Assembly: GCA_023428645.1 (NCBI GenBank)
Contig: JAEYXD010000014.1
Span: forward strand, 14,964-78,963
Length of the DNA: 64,000 nucleotides
DNA from: Pseudomonadota bacterium
Lineage (GTDB): Bacteria; Pseudomonadota; Gammaproteobacteria; Steroidobacterales; Steroidobacteraceae
Reading direction: 5' to 3'
Under the pieces are notes generated by a model. It had not been told where the DNA came from, searched no databases, and saw nothing but the letters and a program-made list of their open reading frames with translations. Position 1 is the stretch's first letter. Each line of letters starts with the position of its first letter. A program made the position numbers and the translations under genes. This document shows positions 43,266 to 54,371 of the stretch, in pieces.

Positions 43266-43958
43266 ATGTCCTACGCCATTCATGAATCCGCATCCGCCGT
43301 TACGCTCGAGCCCGCGAACCCCGCCACCGCGAGCGTGATCTGGCTGCATGGGCTCGGCGCGGACGGCTACGATTTCGTCCCGATCGTCGATGAGCTGAAG
43401 CTGCCGCGGACGCTGCCGTTGCGCTTCATTTTTCCCCACGCGACCGAGCGGCCGGTCACGATCAACAACGGTTTCGTGATGCGCGCGTGGTACGACATCA
43501 AGGGCTTGAACCGCGAGGGCCCCGAGGACGACGCCGGCATCCGCGAGTCCGAGGGGATCGTTCGCAAGTACATCGAGGCCGAGCTCGCGAGAGGCATTCC
43601 GGCGGCCCGCATCGTCATCGCGGGCTTCTCGCAAGGCGGCGCGATCGCCCTGCAGACGGCGTTGCGTTACGAGGCACCGCTCGCGGGCGTCATGGCGTTG
43701 TCGACGTACTTGCCGTTGGGTGCATCGCTCGCGGCCGAGGCACACGCCGCGAACCGCTCGATTCCGATCCTCATGTGCCACGGCATGCAGGACGGGGTCG
43801 TGCCGTTGCAGCTCGGGGAGTGGTCGCGCGAGGCGCTCACGCACCTCGGCTATCGTGTCGAATGGCGGGCCTATCCGATGCAGCACTCCGTGTGCCTGGA
43901 AGAAGTGAACGATATCTCGCGCTGGCTGCAACAGCGGCTCGGGGCTGCCACCCCTTGA
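43266..43958 (+). CDS. Carboxylesterase / phospholipase-type alpha/beta hydrolase
   Basis: VIWLHGLGADG and IAGFSQGGAIAL motifs. Start ATG 43266. Confidence 0.9.
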   Translation: MSYAIHESASAVTLEPANPATASVIWLHGLGADGYDFVPIVDELKLPRTLPLRFIFPHATERPVTINNGFVMRAWYDIKGLNREGPEDDAGIRESEGIVRKYIEAELARGIPAARIVIAGFSQGGAIALQTALRYEAPLAGVMALSTYLPLGASLAAEAHAANRSIPILMCHGMQDGVVPLQLGEWSREALTHLGYRVEWRAYPMQHSVCLEEVNDISRWLQQRLGAATP

Positions 43959-44878
43959 CGCAGGCGCTGCGCGCAACCTACGAGGAGCTGCCGCGCAACA
44001 CCCGCGGCGCATTGTGGATGGTCGCCTCGGCGATCACGTTCACGGTGATGACGATGCTCGTCAAGCTGCTCGGCGCGGACTACCCGGCCGCGCTGCAGAC
44101 CTTCTATCGCCAAGTGGCGGCGACGGTCGTGCTGTTGCCGATGATCCTCGCGGACCCGCGCGCCGCATTCCGCACCAGCCGCCCGGGAATCCTGCTGTTT
44201 CGCGCGCTCGCGGGCACGGCGGGAATGATCTTGTCGTTCTACGCCTATCAAGAGATGCCGCTCGCGGACGCGAACGCGCTCTCGTTCACGCGCACCCTGT
44301 GGGTCGTGCCGCTCGCCGCGATCGTATTGAAAGAGCAGGTCGGGCCGCGGCGTGTCGCCGCGACGACGATCGGCTTCCTCGGCGCGCTCGTCATGCTGCA
44401 GCCGAGCGGCGCACAGAGCGAATACCTGAGCGTGCCGGCGCTCGCCGCGCTGGCGTCCGCGTTCCTGATCGCGTTGACCGTGACGGGCATGAAACTCATG
44501 ACGCGCGATCACTCGACGATGACGTTGATGGCGTGGTCCGCGGCGCTCGGGCTCGTGCTGTCCATTCCGCCCGCGATGTTCGTGTGGCGCTGGCCGGCGC
44601 TCGTCGATCTGGTGCTGCTCGCGGCGATGGGCGTGCTCGGCACGATCACGCAGGCGTGCTACATCAAGGGCATGGCGGAAGGCGATGCGATCGTCATGGC
44701 GCCGATCGATTACACACGCCTGGTGTTCGCGATCGTGATCGGCTATCTGCTGTTCAGCGAGCTGCCGAACAGTCTCACGCTCGCCGGCGCTGCGGTCATC
44801 ATCGCCTCGACGCTGTACATCACGATTCGCGAAAGCCGACTCGGCGTGCCGAAGACACCGCCGGACCGAACCGAGTGA
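43955..44878 (+). CDS. DMT-superfamily (EamA) transporter
   Basis: 10-TM-like ORF. The proposed TTG start at 43955 overlaps the upstream TGA, and the alternative ATG (MVASAITF) is about 60 nt downstream. Confidence 0.82.
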   Translation: MTQALRATYEELPRNTRGALWMVASAITFTVMTMLVKLLGADYPAALQTFYRQVAATVVLLPMILADPRAAFRTSRPGILLFRALAGTAGMILSFYAYQEMPLADANALSFTRTLWVVPLAAIVLKEQVGPRRVAATTIGFLGALVMLQPSGAQSEYLSVPALAALASAFLIALTVTGMKLMTRDHSTMTLMAWSAALGLVLSIPPAMFVWRWPALVDLVLLAAMGVLGTITQACYIKGMAEGDAIVMAPIDYTRLVFAIVIGYLLFSELPNSLTLAGAAVIIASTLYITIRESRLGVPKTPPDRTE

Positions 44879-44983
44879 GCCGCGGCGGCTCGGCCGGCGG
44901 GAGCATCCATTCGCAGCTGGATGCCCTCGCCGCCGAGAACGTCGGCCTTGCGGCCGAGCGTACCAACCGTGTCTCAGGGCCCA

Positions 44984-45400
44984 TCAGCCATGCGCTGCGG
45001 TCTGCGCCCTGCTCTGCGCCAGCTTCAGCCTGCCGCCCGCGAGGTGCAGTGCCGTGAGATTCGAATTCCCGATCGTCTCCACCGCGTTCGCGATGGCCGC
45101 TTGCTCGCAGCGAGCGCGCGGCGAATTGCGCGCCAGTGTGTGCACCCGCGGGTAGCCGCCACAGACCTCGCTCGCGGCCATCCGCAACCGCAGATACAGG
45201 CGCTTCGCGTCCGCCGGCTTCGACAGCTCGAGATCCTCGAACTGGACGACCTGGCTGCGCACATGGGCGGCGCTCGCCGTAGCGTTCGCATTCATTCCGA
45301 TCAGCAGCAACGCCGCGAGGCCCATCGCACCGAGCGCAATGTGTTTGGATGCGTCGCGCGTGCGCGGTGATGCAATGCTCGTGAGCTTGTTCATGATCAT
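44984..45400 (-). CDS. UrcA-family periplasmic protein
   Basis: ATG 45400 with GGAGA upstream, a signal peptide, and VVQFEDLELSKPADAKRLYLRLRMAASEVCGG. The 609-aa ORF containing it is an antisense artefact. Confidence 0.75.
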   Translation of the reverse strand: MIMNKLTSIASPRTRDASKHIALGAMGLAALLLIGMNANATASAAHVRSQVVQFEDLELSKPADAKRLYLRLRMAASEVCGGYPRVHTLARNSPRARCEQAAIANAVETIGNSNLTALHLAGGRLKLAQSRAQTAAHG

Positions 45401-45616
45401 TCTCTCCAACGTGTGTCGTACCGATGTCCGCATGCGCGCGCGTCGGGGATTCAGATACGGCGGCGCTGAAAAAGGTTGCAGCGTCGGTGGGGGGCGAATT
45501 TCGAAATCGCAACTCATGCGACGCGGCCGCCACTCCGCCTGCGCAACTGCGGCGACCCGTGCCGGCCGCGCGACGAACGGTTGAGGTTCGCCGGAGCGAG
45601 TGCTTATGCTCCGAGC

Positions 45617-46711
45617 GTGAGTGCCGTACCCGCCATCGCAGACATCAAGGCCGAGCCATGGCGTGCGAATCGCACCATCGTCTTCTGGCTCGTGCACTCG
45701 CTGTGCTGGCTCACGTACGGGGTGACGCAATATCTCGGCGCGATCATCTATTCGAAGCCGCCGGGATTCTCGAAGGTGATCGTCGCGAGCACGATAACCG
45801 GCTTTTTCGTCAGCGCGCTCCTGCGCAACGTTTGTCGACGCCTGTGGGGGCATTCGCCGCTGGTCGTCGTGCCGGGCGCCCTCGCCGCCGCGTATGTCGC
45901 GGCGCTCGTGTGGCGGTTCGCGGTCAACTTCGCGTATCTCAAATTTCTGCCCGAGTCCTTCTGGGCGGCCGGCTGGATGGACTATGCCAGCGGCACGATG
46001 TCGGCCGCTTATCTGATGGCCTGCTGGATCGGCGCGTATTTCGCGTTTCGCTATTACGAAGCGACGCGCTTGCAACGCGAGGCGGCGTTGCAGGCAGCCG
46101 CGCTCGCGCAGGGGGCGCAGCTGAAAATGCTGCGTTACCAGCTCAACCCGCACTTCCTGTTCAATTCGCTGAACGCGATCTCCACGCTGATTCTCGACCA
46201 GCGCAACGCGACGGCGAACGCCGCGGTCACGGGCCTGTCGGAGTTCCTGCGCTACACGCTCGATCAAGACCCGATGAAGCGCGTGACGGTGGCTCAGGAG
46301 ATCGACGTCTTGAACCTGTATCTCGACATCGAGAAGCTGCGCTTCGGCGCGCGCCTGACGTTGCTCTATCGCATCGAGCCCGACGCGATGAACGCGCTGG
46401 TTCCCAGCCTGATCCTGCAGCCGCTGATCGAGAACGCGATCAAGTACGCGGTCGCACCGCGCGAGCAGGGCGGCACGATCGCGATCGAAGGCACGCTGCG
46501 CGGCGGGCGTATCGTACTCGGCGTCGTGGACGATGGGCCGGGCATCCGCGATGCCGAGCGGCTCGCGAACGGGCGCGGCGTCGGCATCCGCAATACGCGC
46601 GAGCGCCTGCAGGTCCTCTATGGCGAGCGCGGCAGTGTGGAGCTCGACGATGCGCGGCCCGGACTCGCCGTCCGGCTCATGCTGCCCGCTGAGTTCGCGG
46701 CGACACGCTGA
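45617..46711 (+). CDS. LytS/AlgZ-type sensor histidine kinase (His_kinase PF06580-like)
   Basis: A polytopic N-domain is followed by LKMLRYQLNPHFLFNSLNAIS and a GHKL ATPase. The start is uncertain (GTG 45617 or upstream ATG 45476). Confidence 0.85.
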   Translation: MSAVPAIADIKAEPWRANRTIVFWLVHSLCWLTYGVTQYLGAIIYSKPPGFSKVIVASTITGFFVSALLRNVCRRLWGHSPLVVVPGALAAAYVAALVWRFAVNFAYLKFLPESFWAAGWMDYASGTMSAAYLMACWIGAYFAFRYYEATRLQREAALQAAALAQGAQLKMLRYQLNPHFLFNSLNAISTLILDQRNATANAAVTGLSEFLRYTLDQDPMKRVTVAQEIDVLNLYLDIEKLRFGARLTLLYRIEPDAMNALVPSLILQPLIENAIKYAVAPREQGGTIAIEGTLRGGRIVLGVVDDGPGIRDAERLANGRGVGIRNTRERLQVLYGERGSVELDDARPGLAVRLMLPAEFAATR

Positions 46712-46714
46712 GCG

Positions 46715-47551
46715 ATGAGCACACCCGCCACCCCTGCGGCGACGATCACGACGCTCATCGTCGACGACGAGGAACTCGCCCGCCGCGGCATCGAGCTGCG
46801 GCTCGCGGAGCACCCGGAATATCGCATCGTCGCGCAGTGCGCGAACGGCCGGCAGGCGCTGGCAGCGATCGCGCGCGAGCAGCCGCAGCTCATGTTCCTC
46901 GACATTCAGATGCCGGGCCTGTCGGGCTTCGACGTGATCGCGCGCATTCCGCAGGAGTCGCTGCCGATCATCGTGTTCGTCACGGCGTTCGATCGCTACG
47001 CGCTCGGTGCCTTCCAGGCGCAGGCGCTCGACTATCTGCTGAAGCCGATCAACGAGGCGCGCTTCGCCCAGACGCTCCGCCGGGTTCGCGAACTGATCGA
47101 GCAGCGCAACGCGCTCGCGCAGCGGGCACAGGTGATGGGCTTGCTCGCGAGCGCGCGCGGCACCGCGGCGCTCGATGAGTCATCGCTGCATCGCGAAGCG
47201 CTCGAGCGCATGAAGAACTACGCGGAGATCCTGCCGATCCGCGAGGACGCGGAGACCGTGCGCCTGAACGTCGCGACGATCGATTGGATCGACGCCGCGG
47301 GCGACTACATGTGTGTGCATGCGGAGGGACGCACGTACGTGTTGCGCGAGACGATGAAATCGCTCGAAACGGTGCTCGACCCGAGGATATTCCAGCGCGT
47401 GCATCGTTCGACGATCGTGAACATCAGCCGCGTGCGGCGCTTGCGTCCGCACACGAACGGCGAATATTTCCTGACGCTCGCGGACGGTCAGGAAATCAAG
47501 CTGAGCCGCTCATACCGCGACCGGGTCGACCAGCTCCTGCAGCGCCGATGA
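46715..47551 (+). CDS. LytTR-family response regulator
   Basis: Receiver (LIVDDEELARRG...FLDIQMPGLSG) plus a LytTR DNA-binding domain (HRSTIVNISRVRRL). Confidence 0.92.
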   Translation: MSTPATPAATITTLIVDDEELARRGIELRLAEHPEYRIVAQCANGRQALAAIAREQPQLMFLDIQMPGLSGFDVIARIPQESLPIIVFVTAFDRYALGAFQAQALDYLLKPINEARFAQTLRRVRELIEQRNALAQRAQVMGLLASARGTAALDESSLHREALERMKNYAEILPIREDAETVRLNVATIDWIDAAGDYMCVHAEGRTYVLRETMKSLETVLDPRIFQRVHRSTIVNISRVRRLRPHTNGEYFLTLADGQEIKLSRSYRDRVDQLLQRR

Positions 47552-47563
47552 CCGCCCGCGTAG

Positions 47564-47645
47564 CGGAGCACCTTCCGCGCACGCACCGGAGCCTTCCGCG
47601 CGTACCGGAGCTCCTTCCGCCTCGCGGAGCGGAGCACCTTCCGCC
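47564..47645 (+). repeat. Four imperfect direct repeats of CGGAGC(A)(C/T)CTTCCGC(G/C)
   Basis: Copies start near 47564, 47587, 47606 and 47630 (spacing 19-24 nt), directly after the LytTR gene stop (47549-47551). Confidence 0.7.
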
Positions 47646-47678
47646 CTATCCCTCCGCTGGCGCCAGCTTGCCCATCCG

Positions 47679-47717
47679 CCCCCTCCCCCGCGCGGCGGGG
47701 GAGGGTTGGGGAGGGGG
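47679..47717 (+). repeat. REP-like element copy D
   Basis: Perfect 10-bp stem CCCTCCCCCG-cgcgg-CGGGGGAGGG, then TT-GGGG-A-GGGGG. It is followed by a TCTCCCAAAAC direct repeat (47720-47730 and 47739-47749). Confidence 0.75.
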
Positions 47718-47749
47718 CTTCTCCCAAAACAGCGGGCCTCTCCCAAAAC

Positions 47750-48655
47750 CTACGCGTGCGGCCCTTCCGGCCCCGGCACCGGCGTTTGCCGATACAGCGA
47801 TTTCCGCTGCATCCAAGGGTGAGCGAAGACGACGGCAAGGATGATGGCGACGCCGAGATAGAACCTGGCCGCCAGTTCATGCTGCTCGCCGAGCAGCAGG
47901 ATCGCGAGCACGATGGAGTAGATCGGCTCCAGATTGACGGCGAGCGCCGTCGAGAACGCGCTGAGCTTACGCAGCGCGACGAGCGACAACGCGAACGGCA
48001 GGAGCGTGCAGCCGATCGCGAGCGCCAGCAGCAGCCCTGCGTCGCGCGACGACGGTAGCGTGAACGGCGACTCTCCCGGCACGACGAACGCCGCGAGCGT
48101 GAGCATCACGGCGCCGGCGGCCATCTCGATGCCCGTGACCGACAACGCCTCGCTGTTGCCGATGAAACGCTTGTTCAAGCAGCTGAAAATCGCGACGAGA
48201 AACGCCGACAGCGCGCCGATCGCGATCCCGAGTCGCATGTCGTTCGGCGTCCCGCCGACGACGAGCATCACGCCCGGCAGCACCGCGAGCCCCAGCGCCA
48301 GCTCCCGCGGATCGAACCTGCGCCGCGCGATCGCAGGCTCGACGAAGGCGATGAAGACGGAGGTGAGCGCCATGCAGGTGGCGGCGACGGACGCGTTCGA
48401 GCGCTTGATCGATTCGTAGAACGTCAACCAATGCAGCGCGACGATGACGCCGATGCCGGCGTAGATCGCGATCAGCCGCGGCGACAGCTCGCGCAGCCCG
48501 CGCCAGAATTTCGCAATGAACAGCAGCGCGACGCTCACGAGCAGCATGCGCCACCAGACGATGGCGAATGCCGGCAGCGTAATCAGCTTGCCGAGAATCG
48601 CCGTGAAGCCCCAGAGGACGACGCAGAAATGGATTTGCAGCCAGGCGCGCGTCAT
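47750..48655 (-). CDS. DMT-superfamily (EamA) transporter
   Basis: 301-aa polytopic ORF beginning MTRAWLQIHFCVVLWGFTAILGKL. Confidence 0.88.
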   Translation of the reverse strand: MTRAWLQIHFCVVLWGFTAILGKLITLPAFAIVWWRMLLVSVALLFIAKFWRGLRELSPRLIAIYAGIGVIVALHWLTFYESIKRSNASVAATCMALTSVFIAFVEPAIARRRFDPRELALGLAVLPGVMLVVGGTPNDMRLGIAIGALSAFLVAIFSCLNKRFIGNSEALSVTGIEMAAGAVMLTLAAFVVPGESPFTLPSSRDAGLLLALAIGCTLLPFALSLVALRKLSAFSTALAVNLEPIYSIVLAILLLGEQHELAARFYLGVAIILAVVFAHPWMQRKSLYRQTPVPGPEGPHA

Positions 48656-48699
48656 GGAGGAGAACAGCCAGCCGCCGCTTGCCGGCCGCTAGCCGCGCA

Positions 48700-50226
48700 T
48701 CAGTACGCTTTCGCCCACACGACCCGTTGCGCGCTCGGCTTGCCCGTGAACGGACACGTGCCGGGCTCGCTCTTCTCGAACGGAATGCAGCGCACGGTGA
48801 CCGACAATTCCTCCTTGATGCGCTTCTCGAGCTCCACCTCGCCGCTGAAGTGCGTGAGCGCGAAGCCGCCGTGAATCGGCGTCGGCGCATTCTCGGCGAC
48901 ACGCGGCGCCGTGAAGAACTCGTAGAACGCTTCCTTGCTGTCGATGCGGTGCGTGTGCTGCTCGCGAAACGCGCGGGCGCGCTCGAACAACGTGTCCTGG
49001 ATCGACTGCAGCGTCGCGACGACGTTCGCGACGAACTCCGCGCGCGGTACCGTCTGCTTGTCTTTCGGCGCACGATCGCGCCGGCCGACGAACAAGGCGT
49101 CCTTCTCGATGTCGCGCGGACCGATCTCCAGGCGCACCGGCACACCCTTCTTGATCCAATGCCACACCTTGTCGCCGCCGCGCTCCTCGCGCTCGTCGAC
49201 GATCACGCTGATCGCGCGGTCGCCGAAGCGCTGCGCGCGCAGCTCTGCCGCAACCTTGTGGCAGTACTCGAGTACGCGCTGCTTGTCCTCGTCGTTGCGA
49301 ATGATCGGGATGATCGCGACATGCGAGGGCGCCACCTTCGGCGGCAGCACGAGGCCGTCATCGTCGGAGTGCGTCATGATCAGGCTGCCGATCATGCGCG
49401 TGGAGGTGCCCCAGCTCGTCGTCCACGCATGCTGCTGCGTGCCGTCGCTCGCGAGGAACTTGATGTCGCTCGCCTTGGCGAAGTTCTGCCCGAGGAAATG
49501 GCTCGTGCCGGCTTGCAGGGCTTTGCGGTCCTGCATCATTGCTTCGATACAGAACGTCTGCTCGGCGCCCGGGAAGCGCTCGGCCGCGGTCTTCTCGCCT
49601 TGGATGACCGGCACCGCGAGCCATTCCTCCAGGAACGTCGCGTAGACGCCGAGCATCCGCATCGTCTCTTCGACGGCTTCCTGCGAGGTCGCGTGTGCGG
49701 TATGACCTTCCTGCCACAGGAACTCGGTCGTGCGCAGGAACATGCGCGTGCGCATTTCCCATCGCACGACGTTCGCCCATTGATTGATGAGCAGCGGCAG
49801 GTCGCGATAGCTCTGAACCCAGCGCGCGAACGCATCGCCGATGATCGTTTCGGACGTGGGCCGGACGATCAACGGCTCCTCGAGCTCGCCCGCGGGCACG
49901 AGCTTGCCCTCCGGCCCCATCTCGAGGCGATGGTGCGTGACGACCGCGCATTCCTTCGCGAACCCCTCGACGTGCGCCGCTTCCTTCTGCAGGAACGACA
50001 GCGGAATGAACAGCGGGAAATACGCGTTCTGATGACCGGTCGCCTTGAACATGTCGTCGAGCGCGCGCTGCATGTTCTCCCACACCGCATAGCCCCACGG
50101 CTTGATGACCATGCAGCCGCGGACGGCCGAGTTTTCCGCAAGGTCAGCTGCCCGGACGACTTGCTGATACCACTCGGCATAGTTTTCGTCCCGAGTGGGC
50201 GTGATTGCGGTGCGAGGCTTATTCAT
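48700..50226 (-). CDS. proS: Proline--tRNA ligase, archaeal/eukaryote-like type (no insertion editing domain, C-terminal Tyr)
   Basis: Start ATG 50226 (MNKPRTAITPTRDENYAEWYQQVV). Has class II motifs and ends ...RVVWAKAY. Confidence 0.93.
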   Translation of the reverse strand: MNKPRTAITPTRDENYAEWYQQVVRAADLAENSAVRGCMVIKPWGYAVWENMQRALDDMFKATGHQNAYFPLFIPLSFLQKEAAHVEGFAKECAVVTHHRLEMGPEGKLVPAGELEEPLIVRPTSETIIGDAFARWVQSYRDLPLLINQWANVVRWEMRTRMFLRTTEFLWQEGHTAHATSQEAVEETMRMLGVYATFLEEWLAVPVIQGEKTAAERFPGAEQTFCIEAMMQDRKALQAGTSHFLGQNFAKASDIKFLASDGTQQHAWTTSWGTSTRMIGSLIMTHSDDDGLVLPPKVAPSHVAIIPIIRNDEDKQRVLEYCHKVAAELRAQRFGDRAISVIVDEREERGGDKVWHWIKKGVPVRLEIGPRDIEKDALFVGRRDRAPKDKQTVPRAEFVANVVATLQSIQDTLFERARAFREQHTHRIDSKEAFYEFFTAPRVAENAPTPIHGGFALTHFSGEVELEKRIKEELSVTVRCIPFEKSEPGTCPFTGKPSAQRVVWAKAY

Positions 50227-50389
50227 CTGTGAACGAGGTCGTGGTGCGAGGGGCGGGATTACAACAGATTTGCCGGGGTCGGCGGAACCAGTCCCCATTC
50301 CGCGGCCTGGCGCACAGTCGCCTGGAACCGCTGTGCTAGCATCGCCGCCACAAACATGCCTTCAAGAACGTGCGTTCAAGCTCGACCTT

Positions 50390-51463
50390 ATGGAGCTGTC
50401 CGGTAGTCCCTCCGATGTCGCCCTACTGAAGCGTTTCTCGCCTCTCGACGGAATGAAGGCGGAGAACGTCATCGCGCTTGCGCGTAAGGCATCGCGCCGC
50501 CAGGCACCCAAGGGTCGCGTGCTGTTCCGGGAAGACGACGACGAGAAGCAGACGTACTTCCTGTTGAGCGGGACGATCGAGCTGCTGCAGGAAGGCGAGG
50601 TCGTCGCCACGATCACCGGCGGCACCGTGAGCGCGAAGAATCCGGTCGCCCATTTCCTGCCGCGCCGGCACTCGGCGGTCGCCACCTCGAACATCGAATA
50701 CCTGCTGATCGACAGCGAGTTCCTCGACATCGTCGTCACCTGGGATCAGACCGGGTCCTACAAGGTGGCCGAGCTGAAAGGCTCGCACGACGATGTGGCG
50801 CCGCAGCCCGGCGACGATTGGATGACGACGCTGCTGCAGACGAAGGCCTTCCACAAGGTGCCGCCGGCGAACATTCAGGCAATCTTCATGCGCATGCAGC
50901 GCATGGACTATCGCGCGGGCGAAGTCGTCATCAAGCAAGGCGATGTCGGCGACTACTTCTACGTCGTCGTGAAGGGCGTGTGCACGGTGACGCGCGAGAC
51001 GCCGCTGAACAAGGAAGGCATCAAGCTCGCCGAGCTCAAGATGGGCGATACGTTCGGCGAGGAAGCCTTGATCTCGGAAGCGAAGCGCAACGCCACGGTC
51101 ACGATGATGACCGACGGCTATCTGATGCGCCTCGGCAAGGACGACTTCCACAAGCTCTTGAACGAACCGTTCCTGCAGTGGGTGGACTACGCGCAGGCGA
51201 AGCAGATCGTTGCGGCGGGCGGCCAATGGCTCGACGTACGTCTGCCGTCGGAGTTCGAGCACTATCACGCGCCGAACGCCATCAACCTGCCGCTGTATTC
51301 GGTGCGCCTGAAGATGAAGGCGCTGACGCGCGATGCGCACTACGTGGTGTGCTGCGACACCGGGCGCCGCAGCTCCGCTTGCGCCTACATTCTTTCCGAG
51401 CGCGGGTACAACGCCAGCGTCTTGCGCGGCGGGCTCAGCGCTACGGATATTGCGGAGCGGTAG
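50390..51463 (+). CDS. Protein with two cyclic-nucleotide-binding domains and a C-terminal rhodanese domain
   Basis: The second cNMP domain carries GDTFGEEALISEAKRNATV. The rhodanese active-site loop is VVCCDTGRRSS. Confidence 0.83.
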   Translation: MELSGSPSDVALLKRFSPLDGMKAENVIALARKASRRQAPKGRVLFREDDDEKQTYFLLSGTIELLQEGEVVATITGGTVSAKNPVAHFLPRRHSAVATSNIEYLLIDSEFLDIVVTWDQTGSYKVAELKGSHDDVAPQPGDDWMTTLLQTKAFHKVPPANIQAIFMRMQRMDYRAGEVVIKQGDVGDYFYVVVKGVCTVTRETPLNKEGIKLAELKMGDTFGEEALISEAKRNATVTMMTDGYLMRLGKDDFHKLLNEPFLQWVDYAQAKQIVAAGGQWLDVRLPSEFEHYHAPNAINLPLYSVRLKMKALTRDAHYVVCCDTGRRSSACAYILSERGYNASVLRGGLSATDIAER

Positions 51464-51535
51464 CGGCACCCGCCGCCGCCGTGTCGAATCCGGCCGCGAC
51501 GTTCTCGCAGCCACCGCTTCCGTTTCCAGATCAGG

Positions 51536-53221
<1,686 letters not shown>

Positions 53222-53978
53222 ACGGCCTCCTGTTCGCGTGCGCTCATAGTGCGCCCGTGACGAAGCGGCGTACAACCCGCGGGCTGCGCCGCGCTCACCC
53301 CTCGCAATGACGATACCCGTCGTACGCGATCGCGAGATCGATGAGGCGGCGGAAGTGCGCGCGCTCGCGGCAACGGCCGCGGGCGTGTGATCGACGTGGA
53401 GATTGAAGATGACGCAGGCGTACGCCTGCTTCGCCCATGCGAGTAGCGTTTGCGCGGATGAGCGCACGGTCCGCACCGAAGTCGATCACTCGATTCATGC
53501 CGCGGGTATGCAGCAGCCAGCTGCCGTTCGCCAACTGTTGCCCGCCCATGGCGTGACACGCGCCGGCGATCGCAAGGCTCTGGCCACGCTCGCGGATCGC
53601 CGCGAGCGCGCGGACCACATCGTCGTCGTGCGGGGCTCGATGCGCCCGAGCATCGAGGTGGCCAGGCGGACGGGTATTCGCGCACGCTGTGTCCGTGGAG
53701 CGTCGGCTTCTGTAAAGCCGCCATGTCGACCGACGGCTCGCTGATCGAAATGGGCCACAATGGGTTCAATTCGCACACCACGGCGGAACCGCGCGGCCTA
53801 CAATGCGGCGCGCTCGGCCGTGAGCACGATCGAACGAAAACGAGCGGCGCGAGTCAGGAGTCAGGGCCTGGAAGGACAACCGAGTTGGCGATCGGGTGCG
53901 CCCCGCTCACTTGAGTTCGTTCGTCGGCACACGACATCCGTGTCCGAGTGCCAGACGATGCCAGCGAGGAACACGACA

Positions 53979-54371
53979 ATGAATGCCACCAACAACGACA
54001 TGAGACCGTGCATTCTGATCGTCGAGGACGAGGTGCTCGTGCGCATGTTCGCGGTGGACGCGCTCGAAGACGAGGGCTTCCGGGTCGTGGAGAGCGCCTC
54101 GGCCGCTGAAGCATTGACGAAACTGCAGACGCTGGAAACGGCACCGGCCGCGGCGATCATCGATCTGGGCCTACCCGATCGGCCGGGCGATCAGCTCGCC
54201 GCCGAGATGCGCGGCCTCGATGCGAAGCTCCCCATCCTCATTGCGAGCGGACGTAGCGAAAGGGAGCTGAAAGAGCGCTTCGATGTCGGCGGGCCGATCG
54301 GCATCGTCGTCAAGCCGTTCACCGCGCCGATGCTGCTCGAGGCGCTCGAGCGAATCGGGGTCAAGCCGTGA
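53979..54371 (+). CDS. Stand-alone response-regulator receiver protein
   Basis: ILIVEDEVLVRM...AAIIDLGLPD...VVKPF. An alternative start lies at 53958. Confidence 0.85.
   Translation: MNATNNDMRPCILIVEDEVLVRMFAVDALEDEGFRVVESASAAEALTKLQTLETAPAAAIIDLGLPDRPGDQLAAEMRGLDAKLPILIASGRSERELKERFDVGGPIGIVVKPFTAPMLLEALERIGVKP

Noticed and set aside
44984-46813. 609-aa minus-strand ORF spanning the UrcA gene and the whole LytS-type kinase region.
   Set aside because: Only its last 138 codons (UrcA, with its own RBS and signal peptide) look real. The rest is Arg/Asp/His-rich text antisense to a kinase gene with clear motifs, so it is a GC3 shadow ORF.
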